From assembly GCA_964016885.1 (NCBI GenBank), contig OZ024740.1, positions 117,676,001 through 117,740,000 of the forward strand: a stretch of DNA of 64,000 nt, in the 5' to 3' direction. The notes under the pieces were generated by a model, which ran no database searches, was not told where the DNA came from, and saw nothing but the letters and a program-made list of their open reading frames with translations. This document shows, one piece after another, positions 14,505 through 27,836 of this stretch. Source of the stretch: Eledone cirrhosa. Lineage: Eukaryota. The position numbers were made by a program, and so were the translations under genes. Positions within the stretch are counted from its first letter, which is position 1; the number at the start of each line of letters is the position of its first letter.

Positions 14505-14856
14505 TAACACCTGCAACCCTGATGGTATCCAATGATGTTGACTTGTTCTTCATTTTGGCAAATATCATCTTGGTTAAGAGAGTGGGACTGGCTTTGTGCA
14601 GTGCCTTTGCTCACTATAAAAGCTTCACGGCACAGGCATTGCTTTATATCTGGAGATCTCTCTACACTTGTCATCACATGGTACCATGGGCCCAGCACTA
14701 TGTGTCATTAATTGTCACAAGTGTAGTGTTTGTACCAGAGTTTTCAAGTCGCTGGCTGGACTAAAAAGTCACACTTGTTCAGCGCATCCCGTAGGGGTTC
14801 TCCTACATGGATATAAAGTAGTGGCCGTACTCGAAAACGAGTTGGCAGCCACCATG
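14505..14856 (+). mobile_element. Bipartite non-autonomous RTE-derived element, 5'-truncated, with (TATG)n tail
   Basis: Near-identical to reverse complement of 53108-53457; encodes RTE-type terminal zinc finger remnant CSVCTRVFKSLAGLKSH. Confidence 0.8.
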
Positions 14857-14918
14857 TATGTATGTATGTATGTATGTATGTATGTATGTATGTATGTATG
14901 TATGTATGTATGTATGTA

Positions 14919-15002
<84 letters not shown>

Positions 15003-15335
15003 ACATTGATGGTCAGCTTCATGCTGCTTTGATGTCTCAGTACGAACGCCCGAGTTTTTATGTTCGGGTAAATGGTACTAAATCGAAACCATTCAATGTG
15101 GGAATCAGACTTCACCAAGGGTGCGTACTGACACCTCTCCTGTTCATTATTTGCATGAACCGGATCGACAGGCGCGGCCGGGTTGGAAGTGGAATCATGA
15201 CTGGTGGGTGTAAAATCAGTCGGCTGAAATCTGCAGACGACATGGTGTTACTTAACTCGACAGAAGATAATCTTCGACTTGCACTAGAAAAGTTTGATGC
15301 CGAGTGCTGCATGGCTTTAATGAAAATCAGGCCCG
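15003..15335 (+). mobile_element. RTE-like LINE reverse transcriptase fragment
   Basis: VRVNGTKSKPFNVGIRLHQGCVLTPLLF...SADDMVLL in ORF 14858..15421; same family as 59560-60372. Confidence 0.85.
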
Positions 15336-15384
15336 ACTCTGGAATCACCTGGGTGAACCTACAGTACCTTCACATTACACTGCC

Positions 15385-15490
<106 letters not shown>

Positions 15491-15579
15491 TAAGCACATA
15501 TGAGTATACATGGACACGCCTATTTTCCTTCATGTGGTAATACATGGATGCTTAAAAATAATGTTTCTCTTTAATAATA

Positions 15580-15692
15580 ATTGTTTCTACTTTAGGCACA
15601 AGGCCAGCAATTACCCAGTGCGTTACTGGTACTTTATTTCATCGACCCCGTAAGGATGAAAGGCAAAGTCAACCTCGGCGGGATTTGAACTC
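15580..15692 (-). mobile_element. 5'-truncated main-family SINE
   Basis: Reverse complement of core and tail; flanking duplication tctttaataataat. Confidence 0.85.
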
Positions 15693-16687
15693 TTTAATAA
15701 TAATAGAGCAATTATGAAGCTCGAAAATTCACTAACGCATTTGTATACGCGCACACGCACAAAACATATATATGAAATAATAATCTAAACTATAATAAAG
15801 TAAGGAGTGCGGGACTGCGCACGGTTTATTTCTTTTAATCCAGTTAGTAGAATAAGTTGGATTACTTTGAATAAATAATGAATGAATATAACATAATTTA
15901 TCTACTAAATTTCGTGGCTATTGATTAAATATATTTTGTTTATTTAAAGATTCAATTCTTTAAAATTTCTGAAATGTCAACACTTCCGGTTGGCCATCGC
16001 TTAAATAAACACTAATGTTCTGTCACTAATTTTCTCCTAATGCAGTTTATATATAATAACGTCTTTTTTAATGTATCATGGATTACGTTACTGATTACAT
16101 AAGAGAGTGTAACGCAGTCTTCGTTCAATTTTTGTGTATATTGTCAATTACGAGTTTATTTGATCACATCTACATGTATATATATCTGCGTATAATATTA
16201 ATATACACACTACACATTCTAGCAGAAAACTACCCGAAGGGTGGCTTTTCTGCTTGTCTATATAATGATAAAAAATGGAAAAGAACTACATTAATTCTTT
16301 TTCATTATTCTAGTTTGTTAACCAACGTTTATGGACACACTAATGTAGGCACAATTATACAGGCACATACGTAGGATTATATGTACACAGACAAATACAC
16401 TTACACACATTCATGTATGTGGGTGCATGCGTATGAATGGGAGTGTATGCGTGCGTATATATATGTGTGTAAGTATGTGCGGGTCTTTATATGTCTCTCT
16501 GTGGGTGTATCTTTATGTGTTGTGTGTGCTTGTAAGTGCGTAGACGACTGAAATATCATAAGAACGAAGACATATTTTGTTGGACATAGCCTTGAGAAAA
16601 TATGTAAATATTTTGACAGAAGAATTAAGACAAGAGCGAAGTAGTAATAGGGTAAATATGAACGTATATATATATATGTATATACTG

Positions 16688-16783
<96 letters not shown>

Positions 16784-17626
16784 GTGGGGGGAGAGAGAGA
16801 GGGAGAGAGAGAGAGAGAGGGAGAGAGAGAGAGAGAGAGGGAGAGAGAGGAAGAGAGAGGAAGAGAGAGAGAGGATTTTTCTTTTTCGGCCCATTTTCAT
16901 TTTATAAACATGTAATAGCTCATGATTGGCATTTTAAACTAGTCGCAGCTCATCGTTCTCCAGTTCAGAACGTGGCCAAATACCCCCAAATATGTGTGTG
17001 TATATATATATATATATGAAGACTAAAATCCGAAGAGGGCTCGAAAGTATATAAAAAATATATATATATATAAAACCAGTTGAGCAAATATTTATTATTT
17101 GTACAGATTAAAGTTTAAGCAAAGAATCGCTGCTTTCAGCCTTTTATATATATTTCAAGATTAAAAACATATAAACACAGAGTGTCAATTAGGCAAAGAC
17201 TTACTTGTTTCACGTTTGTTGGACAAGAAAAAGGAATGTCTCATTAAATAGAACATTAGTCCTTCACCAGGAAGAGCAATGTTAAGAGAAATTGAAGGCT
17301 AGAAGGTCGAAAAAATAGAAAAAAAAGTGTTTATCAAGATGTGTGGTGCAGGTGGAAATTTCGAACTTGTTAGACGGTAAGACACATTTGCAAACCTTTG
17401 AGTGGCAGAGGGTAATCTGAGTACTAAAATAAATAATTTACACTCAAATTCTCTGTTGAATACATTTTCATTTTGTTGCCAACCCTAATTCTACACAGAT
17501 ACAGTAACACATACACGCACACAGAAACACCCCCAGCCACATATGCATTTAAAGTATATACATATATATATATGCATATAATATATGTAAATATATATGT
17601 ATATAAATACCTAAATATATAATATA

Positions 17627-17742
<116 letters not shown>

Positions 17743-18087
17743 TGGTGGTATTAGTTAAATCTACAATCTATCTGCCTCTTGGCTATGACTATGCCGAGGC
17801 ATAAACCAATTAAAAATTAATCAGAAAATTATGCAGACAAAGAAAAATGGAAGTTCCAAAATACTTAAATCCAATACAAAAAATACATATATCTTATTTA
17901 ATTTCTAGTTTTAATAATACTTATAGAACTGTTATTTTAACGTCTGCTGGGCGATTTTCCATCTTAGTTTACGAATACTGATACTGAACCAGGCTTATTT
18001 TATTTTATTTACAAACTCCAATATGATTCTTTCAATAAGAGTTAAATATTATGTCACTAAGGATATATATTATTATTTGAAATATGC

Positions 18088-18300
18088 AGGGCGGTAGATT
18101 GGCAGTATCGGTGGAGCATCGGATATCATGCTTCGCAGCATAGAGTTAAGGCCCTTCAAGTTCAAATCCCACCAAGTTAGCTTTGTTTTTTATCCATACG
18201 TGGTCGATATCATAAAGTAACCTTAACATACTGGATTAATTTATTCGAATTTCGCCTCCCCTCAGAACTTGTTACTCTTGTGCCTTATTAAGAAACCATT
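18088..18300 (+). mobile_element. Main-family SINE, diverged
   Basis: gggcggtagattggcagtatcgg..gttcaaatccc..ttgtgcct. Confidence 0.8.
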
Positions 18301-18344
18301 ACTTGAAATATATTCATTATTATTAATTTATATTACTTAGTCGA

Positions 18345-18526
18345 AAGCATAGCTGTGTGGTTCAGGCGTTCACTTCGCTAACATATATTTCTAAGTTCAG
18401 CCCCGTGGAGCGGAATCTTGAACAAGTATTTTCTATTATAACATCGATTTAACCATGTGAGTGGAATTTGGGAGAGGAAAATTACAGAAGCCTACACACA
18501 CACACACACACACACTCACACACACT

Positions 18527-18561
<35 letters not shown>

Positions 18562-18670
18562 CTGTATGTGTTTAAGTTTATGTCGCGTAACTTAGCGGTT
18601 CAAAAATAAGAAATCCTATTATATGTAAGAGGCCAGACTTGAGCAAGTAAGTAATGGGGTCAATATGATC
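18345..18670 (+). mobile_element. Second tRNA-derived SINE family (CORE-like), diverged
   Basis: agctgtgtgg head, gttcagcccc B-box-like, cttgaacaagt; similar to reverse complement of 37620-37770. Confidence 0.55.
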
Positions 18671-20360
18671 AACTAAATCAAAGCGATACCCATCATGGCC
18701 ACAGTAAAAGAACGACAGTAAAAGAACGACAGGGCATACACACACATGCATACACACATATATATCTTACATAGACTAGAAATGAAGAAATGCATTACAT
18801 AAATTGTTTCTCTTTCACAACTTGGTAATAGCCTCATTATTGTGCGTGCCGTTGTTTTGTGGTTTGGGTTCATTTACACTCAATTAATGCCTTCAGTAAA
18901 TCGTACAAACATATTTTCTAAAATATTTGCATTTTACTACCGAATCTACAATGGACTTCAAAAGAGACAAAATATAGTCAATCGACTCACGTTTTTTTTT
19001 AAATGAAATATATTGTTGTAACCCTGCGAAGATCAAGCATACATCGAACACAGCAAGATTTGAACTTAGAGGAACTTAAAGTGATGAAAGACATACAGTA
19101 AGGCATTTAGTGCGGAGGTCTTTCATTTCCCCGTGATGAAGAAACAAATATAAAGAACAAACAAACAACACAGTTATATCAACAGGAGCAGCAGCAATCC
19201 TCTTTCTTTCACTGATTTAGTTATGCTAATATCGTTATGTAAATAATAATACAATCCTACTTCAAATGAACACATGTTGAGGAGGCAACATGTAGCCGGT
19301 GAACACGCAGCTGCTGTGATTTAATGACCAACTAAGAGCGCACAGAGAACATTATTTAATTTGTAAAATACACATTGTAACCCACCCGCTTCAACATTTC
19401 ACTCTCTTCGTTATCTTTTTATATTTCTCTTTTTTTTCTATATTTTGTTCTTTCTTATTTTCTTTCTTAGTTTCATTTTCATTCATTTATTCTTTCTATC
19501 TCTTATTCTCCTTCACACACACCTCTCTCTCTCTACGCACACACATACACACGCGCGCGCGCGTATCACACATATATACACATCCCTCCCTGTGCAACAT
19601 TGATTATTTACATTCCGTTAAGAAGGTCCTTTAACCTGCAGCACATCAAATATTTAATTATTTTCCGCCTCACTCTACATCTCACCCCACTGTATCTTTA
19701 CTCTTTCCTCCCCCTATCTCTCTCTCTCAGTATATGTATGTGTGAGCGTGCGTGTATAAGTATACATTTGTGTGCGTTTATGTGTAATTATGCCTGTACA
19801 AGTACATGTGTAAGTTTTATATATGCGTGCGTTTTTTGTTATTGTTTATCTTCAGATCACCCATTAGCAAAGACATTCCAGCTTTGAAGATTCCGTCGTT
19901 TTATATAGCAAGGAACATAAACTGCAATGTTCTTTATCTATTTTTAAAGATGTTAGGTTGTTATTTGTGGGAGATTTGTCACCTATTTGCAGCAGGTTGA
20001 GTGGTTACAGAGAAGCCCATTCATTGGATTGTGAAGTACCGGAGATTAGTTATTTCAACACATACGTAAATACACATGAATATACAAACACAAATTCATA
20101 TTTACAAAGATACACGCACAGAGACATAGTCACACTGACACACTTATTTGTGTATGTAAATTAATCTAGTAAATAGTAAATTATGAATATAAATGTATAT
20201 AGGACATACGGCCGTACTTGCAAAATATTTCTTGAGTTTATACACCCCCCCCCCACACACACATATATATATATACAGAGTGTGTAAGTGAAACTGCACC
20301 AACGTGTACAAGAATATATACACATATACGAATTTCCCGGTAAATTGAAAAATGTAACGA

Positions 20361-20406
20361 CCTTTAATCGATTTTGGGATCTATATGGATCATCATCATC
20401 AGAAGA
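20361..20406 (-). ncRNA. Degenerate minimal hammerhead (G12 to A)
   Basis: Minus: tt-CTGATGA-tgatGATCcatataGATCcc-AAAA-TCGA-TT-aa. Confidence 0.4.
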
Positions 20407-21632
20407 TGTATATATCACCCAATCAAGCAAAAGGAAGCATGTATTTGATGGTTTATATATATATATATATATAGATATATATATCCATTCGCTCTTAGTA
20501 TTATTCTGAAATGGGCATACTAATTTGCATATAATTAATGCTCTTGCTGCTAATCAATTAAGTTATATATTAAGAAGTACACTAGCAGCCGCAGCCGAAG
20601 CGTATGATAAAGTTATATCTGTATAAATACACAGTGTGTAAACGAGACTGCACGTACCTAATACATAGGCATGTGAACATGCCAGAAAATACGATTTTCT
20701 CTGTCAATTGAAAAAAAAAAAAAAAAAAGGCTGAAAACCTTTTATCAATTATTGTATTTCATTGAACCACCAATGTTTTAGATGTTGTTTTTAATGGTTT
20801 GAACTAAATATATTCGGTGTTTTATCAGCTGTGCCAAACAACGAATAATGTAGCCAAAAATAAAATAGATCCAGTTTTTTTTATTCATCTTGTGTCTGTG
20901 TATATATATATACATTCTTAATATACTGCCTGATACTCAAGATTCCCAACCAACATTTTTATTATTATCAACGTCAATTTCATCAACAAATTGTGTTTTG
21001 AAGAGTGGGGCAGTTACATCAGAATTGTAAAATAATGAAAATTTAAATATTTAGCAGAATTACATGTTTTATATCAAGAAATTGTTGCACCCTACATTAA
21101 ATATACATACATCTAGAGAGATTAGCCACATTTTTGTCATAATCAGTATCAATTTTTATTTCGTAATCATCAATTTTGTTTTCGTCATTTCCGAGGATGG
21201 ACGAATACTTTTTTTTTTTTTGATTTTGAAGAATGAGATATGATATCAGCGATTACTTGTCACGTATTTGCAAAAGAATTCAAGAATATTTAAACATTTT
21301 AGAAAAGCCTACAAGTTCTCTATAAAGAAATCCCCGCAACCAGCATTAACATATATATATGTACAAAATGACATAGAGAAAAACGAATAACATCAGTTTA
21401 AACTTTCATTCAGTATGCACGTTTATTAAAATAATTAAATATAAGTATGTATACGTACATACATATATGTATACAGACTTACAGTAGTATATATATATAT
21501 ACATACTACTGTACGTCTGTATACATATATGTATGTACGTATACATACTTATATTTAAGTAACAGCCATACTAAGAGTGAGAAATGAAATTTCCTTTCAT
21601 TTTTTCCGTTTAACACATATATATATACACAT

Positions 21633-21668
<36 letters not shown>

Positions 21669-21693
21669 TTATATATATATATATGTATCCAGG

Positions 21694-21777
21694 GGTCTGA
21701 CGAGCCGCGGATTACAGGTCGGGTCAGATCGATACAGATCGAACCTTGAGCAGATCAGTGGCGAAACGCGCGTCACC
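21694..21777 (+). ncRNA. Type I hammerhead ribozyme, canonical core
   Basis: ggt-CTGACGA-GCCGC...GTGGC-GAAA-CGCGCG-TC-acc, followed by AATAAA. Confidence 0.9.
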
Positions 21778-21849
21778 AAACCAATAAAAGTAATGAAGGA
21801 GTAACCAATCGTGCTTGTTATCTTATTTCACAATATATATGTAGAAAGT

Positions 21850-22032
21850 GAGGTGAATTGGTAGTATCGGTAGAGGGTTGGACGCCATGCTTTCTAGCAT
21901 AGTTACGTCCCTTTACAGTCTGAGTTCAAATCCCGCCGAGGTTAACTTTGCCTTTCATCCTCACGGGGTCGATAAAATAAAGTACCAGTAATGTACTGGG
22001 TAATTGCTGGCCTTGTGCCAAATGTAGAAACA
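21850..22032 (+). mobile_element. Main-family SINE with target-site duplication
   Basis: Full head and core; tatatgtagaaagtgaggt repeated on both sides. Confidence 0.9.
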
Positions 22033-22169
22033 ATATATGTAGAAAGTGAGGTTTTTTTACAAAATGGAAAAAAACGAGGTGTCCTACACGAGTGAAAGTA
22101 TAAGGAAAAAAGATGAAATCGAAAATGCAACTGGAGTCTTTTTTAAAAAAAAAAATATTTATTTGGTTC

Positions 22170-22205
22170 CTTTACCGGTTTCGTAGTTCTTGTGCTTTTC
22201 AAAAG
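22170..22205 (-). ncRNA. U3:A8 variant hammerhead, stem II mismatched
   Basis: Minus: ctt-TTGAAAA-GCAcaagaacTAC-GAAA-CCGG-TA-aag. Confidence 0.6.
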
Positions 22206-22267
22206 TAGAATTGAGATAGAGGGTTTGTGGTTTTTCTCAAAACCACAAACCCTCCATCTCAATTCTA

Positions 22268-23324
<1,057 letters not shown>

Positions 23325-23334
23325 ATATATATAT

Positions 23335-23366
<32 letters not shown>

Positions 23367-23469
23367 CAGAGAGAGAGAGATGCAGCGAGAGAGAAAGTGA
23401 GTATGTTTGAGAGGTAAACAGACTACTTACTTGTCCAAACATGTTACCGTTATTTTAAAGATTGGCAGT

Positions 23470-23657
23470 AAGGTGGAGATTGGCAGTATCGGTAGAGAGT
23501 CGGACGCCATGCTTTCCAGCATAGTTATTTTCCTTTACGGTCTGAGTTCAAATCCCGCCGAGGTTAACTTTGCCTTTCATCCTTACGGGGTCGATAAAAT
23601 AAAAGTACCAGTAATGTACTGGGATAATTGCTGGCCTTGTGCCCAAAGTAGAAACAG
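23470..23657 (+). mobile_element. Main-family SINE
   Basis: Head, B-box and core as at 3855. Confidence 0.9.
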
Positions 23658-23905
23658 TTATTTTATTATCTCCCATGAGAGGAAATGGTGCATTAATCTG
23701 AATGAAATTTGAATTTAGAATTAAGAGAAAGAAAAATAAATATTTAAATGTTATTTTGGGATTTGATTTTATTATTATGATAACGAGGTTCATAAGAATG
23801 TGTGTATGCTAACCAAAGAATGTTTGCCCATGGTTCTTTCGCTAGGTTTTCCAGATTGAGGGTATCATTGATGTTTAGGGTGAACTTTTGATGTTCTACA
23901 ACTGT
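23655..23905. repeat. Left arm of an old inverted repeat (partner 25760-25992)
   Basis: atctccc..gaggaaatg..attaatctgaatg..aaataaatatttaaat..gctaaccaa..cattgat.tttagg..tctacaact matches the reverse complement of the partner. Confidence 0.75.
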
Positions 23906-24833
23906 TTGGTGGAGCCCGTATCAAGTAATTGACTCTATGTAGTAGACGGTTCGGTAAAGGCGCCGAAGACAGGTGGTTTACAGGCGGCGAATTTGCGATG
24001 CGTTGCGTTAAAGGTGTCTTGGATAAAGGGAATGATTCCTAGTCATTGGGTGCTTTGAAAGGATTCGACTCTGATGCAAGCATTCAGACCTGGTCTCGAG
24101 GCTGTAGGCACCTTACTCCCTCTCTTTTACCAGTCTCGGACGCCCTGAAAATTATGTCATATGCACTGTTTCTCCTTCCTGACAAACTGAAATAATGAAA
24201 AGCTCGAAAATGTTTCATTCGACCATCTACACTAGCTTGCTGCATCTTCTTTAATTCCTCTTTTACAGATTTCAGCCATTGGATGTGAATTACATTATAA
24301 AATATAGTTGGATATACCTAAATCAATACTTCGTCTTGGTACGTATTTCAGCGTTCTTCTAAGAGTAAATTTACCGGATGGATATAATGCAGGCGGTCTT
24401 GTATACCGAAGGATATTTCTGCTCATATGTACCAGTTTTCATCCCGAGCTGATTCACACACATACACATACGTATATACATATGTACATGCATATATATA
24501 TATTTATTTATTAAAATAACAGATTAAAGTTTAAGCAAAGAATCGGTGCTTTCACCCTTAACGGGATCTTCTATATATATATATATATATTAGAAAGATC
24601 GAGTATCGAAAAATCGGCGCACGAGTTCACGATAAACAAGATTCGAAATGAGCGGCAGAGGGCTCAATAATTCAGATGAATCAGAGCTATAACTATCGTT
24701 AAAATACCGTCACACATAGAACAAGTCTAAAATCAACCATACGATAAAAAATCGATAATAGAAGATTCGGGACAATCAGATAAAAAATATCAATAAAACA
24801 ATACATCAATAATTTAAATGTATGTAAAATCAT

Positions 24834-24968
24834 ACCCGGACCCACTAGACAGGTGTTAAATCTAGCTTCTTGGGTTTCTGTAAATCCTTAGACTGTACTC
24901 TATCAGCTCACATATAAATACATAAGAGTTCCAGAGTAAGCGGACTGGAGTTTACTTCATCAACGAGC
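24834..24968 (-). ncRNA. Large type I hammerhead-like fold, copy 1
   Basis: Minus: gctcg-TTGATGA-aGTAAAcTCC...GGATTTACa-GAAA-CCCA..CTAGA..TCTAG-TGGG-TC-cgggt. Confidence 0.65.
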
Positions 24969-25448
24969 TTAGTCCTAGCGGATAAGAGGCTAACTACAAT
25001 CGAAATACGCACATGGAATATGGCAAGGGAGATAACCTCTACATCCGCGAAAACAATTCGAGAAAATGTGGAAATACACATATCGAATAAAAGTGCTCAA
25101 TAGACATGTTAAAATAAAACAGGAGCTATTCATCACTCAATAGAATCGACCAAAAATGAGCAATAAAATTAACTGGTGGATAGCTATGTCCAGAGCTAAA
25201 AATATTAGAAAGATCGAGTATCGAAAAATCGGCGCACGAGTTCACGATAAACAAGATTCGAAATGAGCGGCAGAGGGCTCAATAATCCAGATGAATCAGA
25301 GCTATAACTATCGTTAAAATACCGTCACACATAGAACAAGTCTAAAATCAACCATACGATAAAAAATCGATAATAGAAGATTCGGGACAATCAGATAAAA
25401 AATATCAATAAAACAATACATCAATAATTTAAATGAATGTAAAATCAT

Positions 25449-25583
25449 ACCCGGACCCACTAGACAGGTGTTAAATCTAGCTTCTTGGGTTTCTGTAAAT
25501 CCTTAGACTGTACTCTATCAGCTCACATATAAATACATAAGAGTTCCAGAGTAAGCGGACTGGAGTTTACTTCATCAACGAGC
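25449..25583 (-). ncRNA. Large type I hammerhead-like fold, copy 2
   Basis: Same sequence as copy 1, shifted by 615 bp. Confidence 0.65.
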
Positions 25584-25646
25584 TTAGTCCTAGCGGATAA
25601 GAGGCTAACTACAATCGAAATACGCACATGGAATATGGCAAGGGAG

Positions 25647-25701
<55 letters not shown>

Positions 25702-25759
25702 CCAATGAGTATACATTTAGTATTAGCAGGTTGACCTGGTATGAAGTAGACATTATCTG

Positions 25760-25992
25760 AAGTTGTAGACCTACTAAAGTTGATCCTAAATATCAATGGC
25801 ACTCCTAATTTTGAAAACAAAAAAAGAAATTGGTTAGCCTACACGCAATTTTATGACTCTTTTCATCATAATCATAAAAAAATTCCAGAATAATATTTAA
25901 ATATTTATTTTTATTTCTCCTAATTGTGAATTCAAATTCCATTCAGATTAATACAGCATTTCCTCTTTCGGGAGATTCTAAAATAACAGTTA
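25760..25992. repeat. Right arm of the old inverted repeat (partner 23655-23905)
   Basis: Reverse-complement similarity; outer end abuts a Helitron insertion. Confidence 0.75.
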
Positions 25993-26980
25993 TCTATATA
26001 TATAAAACTGTGGTTGTCTGTCTGTCTATCGATTTTTGGCACACATCTCCTCTTAGAATCTCTCACGGAATTGCACCGAAATTGCTATACTTGTACATTG
26101 AGCCCTAGCGAAGACATCGGAAAAAAAAAATTTCAAATTGACCCACCCTATGTGACGAAATCGAATATAATGTATCGATTTTTGAGCGTAAGTTATCAGT
26201 TATTTCCCTTTGTTCTGTTTACATTGAGCGTCTTACGTAAAAAATTACGTTGGCTTTAACAGTTGTCGAGCCAGCAAAATATTGACCTGCAAAATTCATC
26301 AGTTCGAACACTAAGCTTCCGTTTTGCTTCATTTCCATTTAAAAGCATTTTAAAACAATATTTTTACTTGAAAACAAGTCTATTTAAAGACTACGTAAAA
26401 CAAGAAAATATTTCGTCGTTAGGCGTGCAGACAGACAGTCGTGCAGACAGACAGTCGTGCAGAGAGGTGATATACGCGCGCAGACAGACAGTCGTGCAGA
26501 GAGGTGATATAGGCGTGCAGACAGACAGTCGTGCAGAGAGGTGATATAGGCGTGCAGACAGACAGTCGTGCAGAGAGGTGATATAGGCGTGCAGACAGAC
26601 AGTCGTGCAGAGAGGTGATATAGGCGTGCAGACAGACAGTCGTGCAGAGAGGTGATATAGGCGTGCAGACAGACATAACTGATAATTTGGTTACGCTAAT
26701 GTTTTTCTCTGCGTTGCAGTGTTTACATTTTCGATCTTTGTTAATAAATAACCAGTGCAGTTTCTATCCCCAGCATCCTCTTTTGTTATAACATTCGGGT
26801 TATCGTTATGTTTTCTTAACTTCATAAGGCATATTGTTGGTTGATGGAATATTAATAAAAAACACCACATGCAAGTCTGCACAGTAGACACTACAGTTTT
26901 TAAGACAAGAAAGAAACTTAACATTGTAACTTTAACACAGCTACTGAGCGACCCCGAGCAACGCCGGGCTTTACTGCTAG
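25993..26980 (+). mobile_element. Non-autonomous Helitron
   Basis: A|TCTATATATATAAAACTG ... CCCGAGCAACGCCGGG hairpin ... CTAG|T; same ends as 33605-36870. Confidence 0.9.
26421..26675 (+). repeat. 37 bp minisatellite inside the Helitron, about 6-7 units
   Basis: Unit aggcgtgcagacagacagtcgtgcagagaggtgatat. Confidence 0.92.
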
Positions 26981-27029
26981 TATATTATAAGTCAGTTGAC
27001 TCTTTCTGTCTTTCTCTCTCAGTCTCTCT

Positions 27030-27093
<64 letters not shown>

Positions 27094-27141
27094 ATATATA
27101 TATATGAGAATAAACGTGCTGCGTTGTTGCAAATGGGTTAC

Positions 27142-27307
27142 ATATGAATAAAGTGGTCCTTCATCAGTGATCTTCCAACCATCATCGGTATTTCTTCGCT
27201 TTAAAGACCATATACCTCCGGTTGGTGCGAGCAACCGGAGGTATATGGTCTTTAAAGCGAAGAAATACCGATGATGGTTGGAAGATCACCGATGAAGGAC
27301 CACTTTA

Positions 27308-27314
<7 letters not shown>
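27142..27314. repeat. Near-perfect palindrome, 83 bp arms, 7 bp spacer
   Basis: 27142-27224 vs 27232-27314, one mismatch; ORF track shows the same peptide on both strands. Confidence 0.95.
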
Positions 27315-27380
<66 letters not shown>

Positions 27381-27383
<3 letters not shown>

Positions 27384-27836
27384 GATGCTCCCATACATCT
27401 CTGAGTTTTTCATCCTCAGTGTATGCTGATTAATGTTCAGAGCCATTCTCAGCATTCTCGTGTAGCACCCATCCACCATCTGAGTGAGTTTCTTGGTCAG
27501 TGTCCAAGTCTCAGACCCATACAGCAGCACAGACTCCACTACATCAATGAAGAGGCGGACCTTCAGGTCCACACCGATCTCAGCTCAAAAGTGACACAGA
27601 GGAGACTGAGGTTAGCTGGACATTCTCACCGACATCCAGAGTTGACATTGTACTCAGTGCTCCTTTGGGAGCCCCTACATGGACACACTAGAAGAGGAAG
27701 ACCAAGATTAACGTATGTTGATGCCCTAAGGACAGACACTGGTCTGTTGGAGACGCAGGACATGGCAGCGATAATGAGGGACAGAGACCGCTGGAGAGAA
27801 CTCATCCATGGATTTCGAGAATTTTACCCGCCTTAG
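27381..27836 (+). mobile_element. RTE-like LINE 3' end with 5' inversion
   Basis: Minus 27571-27381 encodes KVRLF..VESVLLYGSETWTLTK..EMYGSIP; plus 27574 onward continues DLSSKVTQRRLRLAGH..LLWEP..RRGRPRLTYVD..DRDRWR; TA flanks. Confidence 0.88.

Larger units (their letters stand above)
24591..25650 (-). mobile_element. Partial tandem repeat, 615 bp period (445 bp repeats, 170 bp spacer), hammerhead-bearing, retrozyme/PLE-like
   Basis: 24591-25035 matches 25206-25650 with two differences noticed; (TA)n on both flanks; no ORF. Confidence 0.85.

Noticed and set aside
26421-26675. 37 bp repeats resembling a CRISPR array in unit length
   Set aside because: No unique spacers, eukaryotic context, inside a Helitron
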